Of a stretch of 64,000 bases of DNA, positions 61,287 through 64,000 are shown one piece after another. Origin of the DNA: an uncultured Nitrospiraceae bacterium (GTDB lineage: Bacteria; Nitrospirota; Thermodesulfovibrionia; Thermodesulfovibrionales; Dissulfurispiraceae); assembly GCA_963727805.1 (NCBI GenBank), contig CAVSHF010000003.1:832001-896000 (forward strand), given 5' to 3'. Every line of letters starts with the position of its first letter. Position 1 is the first letter of the stretch. Under the pieces are notes generated by a model. The model was given only the letters and a program-made list of their open reading frames with translations. It made no database searches and was not told the DNA's origin. Position numbers and translations under genes: made by a program.

Positions 61287-62766
61287 CCCAGAATCGTCAT
61301 TAGCCAACAATTTCTAATGGCCGCCATTAGGAATTGGTCTGGATAAGTTACTGAAAAAGCGATAAGATATTGCAATGCCTTTGGCACAAGCGGAAGCGAA
61401 AATGGTGTAAGGAATCTATTCATGGCACGAGAGCTTGAGCTGAGCTTTAGCGACAAAGAAATAACCCCATGGGGCGGCATGGCGTTGATGAATCGGATGC
61501 TTGGGAAAATGGACTTTCGTGGAGCATTAAAGCGGGCTGCACTGCCGATGCAAGGTTCCAATCGTGGGTATGCACCTGAGCAACTGATAGAACAGTTTCT
61601 AATAAGTGTGTGGTGCGGAGCCAACCGATTTGAGCATCTTGAAGTCACTCGGCACGATGAAGCAATACGGAAGATATTTGATTACAGACGTATGGCCGGG
61701 CATAAGTCAGTTCAAAGATATTTCAGGAAGTTTGGGCAAGCAACAAACCAGAGAGTGTTTCAGGAGCTCTATCAGTGGTTTTTCCAACGACTGCATTTTG
61801 ATAATTTCACCTTGGATTTGGACTCAACGGTTATGAGTCGGTACGGGCAACAGGAAGGAGCGCGGCGTGGCTATAATCCTCAGAAGCCAGGGAGAAACTC
61901 CCATCATCCACTGCTGGCATTTGTTGCGGATTGTCGAATGGTGGCCAACTGCTGGCTGAGATCTGGCGATGCCCATACGGCAAATAACTTTGAGGGATTT
62001 CTGCAAGACACTCTGGAACACCTTGCCGGCAAGAAGGTTGGTCTGTTGCGTGCAGATAGCGGATTTTGCCAGAAGACTATACTGGAGTATCTTGAGGAAC
62101 CGCAACATACAATCCCCTATATTATTGCCACACGACTACATGCGCCTGTACAGCGCATGCTTGCGGCGCATCGGCAGTGGGTTGAGGTTGAAGACGGCAT
62201 AGAAGTGGCTTCGGTTCTCTATACAGGCAATGGCTGGGGTAAAGAGCGCAGGATGGTCATGGTGCGACAACGGATTTCCAGAAGGCCGAAGGCAACTGGC
62301 AAAGTGCTGAGATTGTTTGCAGAGGAAGTGGAGATCAGGGACTATCGCTATGGCTGTTTTGTTACGAGTCTAGAGCTTCCGGCACACCTTGTGTGGAAAA
62401 TCTATCGGATGCGGGCAGATGCTGAGAACCGGATCAAGGAACTGAAGTATGACTTTGGTGCTGACAGTTTCAATATGCAAAGTTTCAGCGCCACTGAAAC
62501 AGCAATGAACTGCGTCATGCTTGCCTATAATCTGATGAGTCTGTTTCGGCAGGTAGTCTTGTGCAGTAAGGTTCAACCAACTTTAAAGACGATGCGATAC
62601 AAGGTATTTGCTGCTGGCGGCTACTTAGTCAAAGATGGTAATAGACGTATTCTTAAGCTTTGCCTGGCGATGCGGCGACGGCAATGGTTTGAAGGGCTCT
62701 GGGGCAAATCAAAGGATTTTGATCTGCCTGTTTCATTCACTTCACATCTCTAATGACAATTCTGGG
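61287..62766 (+). mobile_element. IS1380-family insertion sequence
   Basis: TIR CCCAGAATCGTCATTAG / CTAATGACAATTCTGGG; AT-rich flanks, target duplication ambiguous (ATAA). Confidence 0.9.
61422..62753 (+). CDS. IS1380-family transposase
   Basis: TPWGG, LDLDST, HPL, RADSGF, YRMRADAENRIKELK. Confidence 0.93.
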   Translation: MARELELSFSDKEITPWGGMALMNRMLGKMDFRGALKRAALPMQGSNRGYAPEQLIEQFLISVWCGANRFEHLEVTRHDEAIRKIFDYRRMAGHKSVQRYFRKFGQATNQRVFQELYQWFFQRLHFDNFTLDLDSTVMSRYGQQEGARRGYNPQKPGRNSHHPLLAFVADCRMVANCWLRSGDAHTANNFEGFLQDTLEHLAGKKVGLLRADSGFCQKTILEYLEEPQHTIPYIIATRLHAPVQRMLAAHRQWVEVEDGIEVASVLYTGNGWGKERRMVMVRQRISRRPKATGKVLRLFAEEVEIRDYRYGCFVTSLELPAHLVWKIYRMRADAENRIKELKYDFGADSFNMQSFSATETAMNCVMLAYNLMSLFRQVVLCSKVQPTLKTMRYKVFAAGGYLVKDGNRRILKLCLAMRRRQWFEGLWGKSKDFDLPVSFTSHL

Positions 62767-62896
62767 ATAATAATGTTTTACGGATCATGCATCAGATACA
62801 TATCACAGTTTCAATGTACCGGCGGTTGATCTTAACGTCTTGATTTAATCTGGGCGGTGATAATATTGCAAAGCAATATTTGTCAATATATTTAGC

Positions 62897-64000
62897 CACT
62901 AGTGTCCGGTTAAGAATCATATAGATTCAATTGGTTACGATTTACCATAGCATTTAATGCTGTGCCATTTTCCTGAAACGCTTGCTGCAAGGGCATTTTC
63001 TCGAAGATGGTGACCGATAGGATCTGTAACAACGTATAGAGCGAAACATCGAGATTGAGCCTTTTCTTGATGATAGCGATAAGAACATAAACGGAAACAG
63101 CGATCCAGATTTGGGATTTGACGGCATTTTCTGAAATGCCGTAGAAACGCTTTATGCGAAGATGTTGCTTGATCCATTTGAAGAACAGTTCGATCTGCCA
63201 GCGGCTCTTGTATAGTGAGCATATGGTCAATGCTGGCAAGGTATGGTGATTGGTGAGAAACAGCAATGTTTTGCCGGACTCCGCGTCTTTGAAACGGATG
63301 CGGCGCAGATGGCCCGGAAAGTGTCTGCTGCTGTAATAACCATTCATGGCGATGGTCTGATCGCAGATCACGCCTGTAGTTCGATCTGCAGAGGCGGAAT
63401 AAAGTCTTCTGGCATTCAGATTGGATTTGGCTCGGGTAACAAAAAAGCTGCCGGCCTGATGCAGGACATACAGACGCTCGAAGTCGAGATATGCTCGATC
63501 CATCACATAGAAGGCCCCGGCTTCTGGAATAAGCAGGTCCAGAACATTGATATCGTGAAGCTTGCCATCGGAGATATGAATAAAGCTTGGGATAGAACCC
63601 CTGAGGTCCATCAGCGTATGAACTTTTACGGCAGCCTTGGCAGTCCGAAAAGGAGCCCAAGGAAACATCGACAGGCAGAGGTCTATGGTCGTAGAATCCA
63701 GAGCGTAGGCGGTATTGGAGATATCCACACCGAAGCTCTCTCCGGCATAGAGCTTTCTTGCTTGACCGATCAGCCGTTGAGCGAAGTCTGCGTAAATGCG
63801 CCAATCGCGAGATTCGTTGGCATCGGCCAGGGTCGAGCGACTGACTGGTCCTCGAAGGCCCATGTGATAAAGTTTTGCAGCTTGAGCCGACAAACAGGCT
63901 TCGATATCGCGGAGACTCTCCCGATAAGTAAGTTGCGCAAAAGCCATTATTCGAAATTGCTCGGCACAACGAAGACAGCGCACACGATGGTCGCCGCTGT
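62897..64000 (-). mobile_element. second IS4-family copy, cut by the window edge
   Basis: matches 34220 onward at offset 28677; same TIR. Confidence 0.95.
62910..64000 (-). CDS. IS4-family transposase, 5' part outside the window
   Basis: protein identical to 34233-35402 over the visible part. Confidence 0.93.
   Translation of the reverse strand, partial: SGDHRVRCLRCAEQFRIMAFAQLTYRESLRDIEACLSAQAAKLYHMGLRGPVSRSTLADANESRDWRIYADFAQRLIGQARKLYAGESFGVDISNTAYALDSTTIDLCLSMFPWAPFRTAKAAVKVHTLMDLRGSIPSFIHISDGKLHDINVLDLLIPEAGAFYVMDRAYLDFERLYVLHQAGSFFVTRAKSNLNARRLYSASADRTTGVICDQTIAMNGYYSSRHFPGHLRRIRFKDAESGKTLLFLTNHHTLPALTICSLYKSRWQIELFFKWIKQHLRIKRFYGISENAVKSQIWIAVSVYVLIAIIKKRLNLDVSLYTLLQILSVTIFEKMPLQQAFQENGTALNAMVNRNQLNLYDS

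Overview
Bacterial window; the gene repertoire resembles anaerobic Nitrospirota/Desulfobacterota, but the taxon is only an inference. Positions 1-15.6 kb hold ordinary genes: an SLC5-symporter histidine kinase, radical SAM, aldo/keto reductase, a secreted FN3/FG-GAP-like repeat protein behind a c-di-GMP-I riboswitch, a frameshifted cytochrome c, MFS, acuC and TSUP. From about 15.6 to 58.1 kb lies a mobile-element-rich signal-transduction island with about 18 kinases/regulators, two HD-GYP proteins, an MshEN-type ATPase and segmental duplications. It is bracketed by inverted IS21-like ends. Mobile DNA: three apparently identical 2559-bp elements encoding an IntI-like tyrosine recombinase plus an IS91-type HUH/Y2 transposase; two IS4 copies; one IS110 with a bridge-RNA-like left end; one IS1380; a transposase remnant; and an ORF-less group II intron with intact EBS1-IBS1 pairing. 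The best candidate for an undescribed system is the recombinase + IS91 element. It always sits between G-W-A trinucleotides, and its joined ends would fold into an attC-like single-strand hairpin, suggesting rolling-circle excision coupled to integron-like integration.
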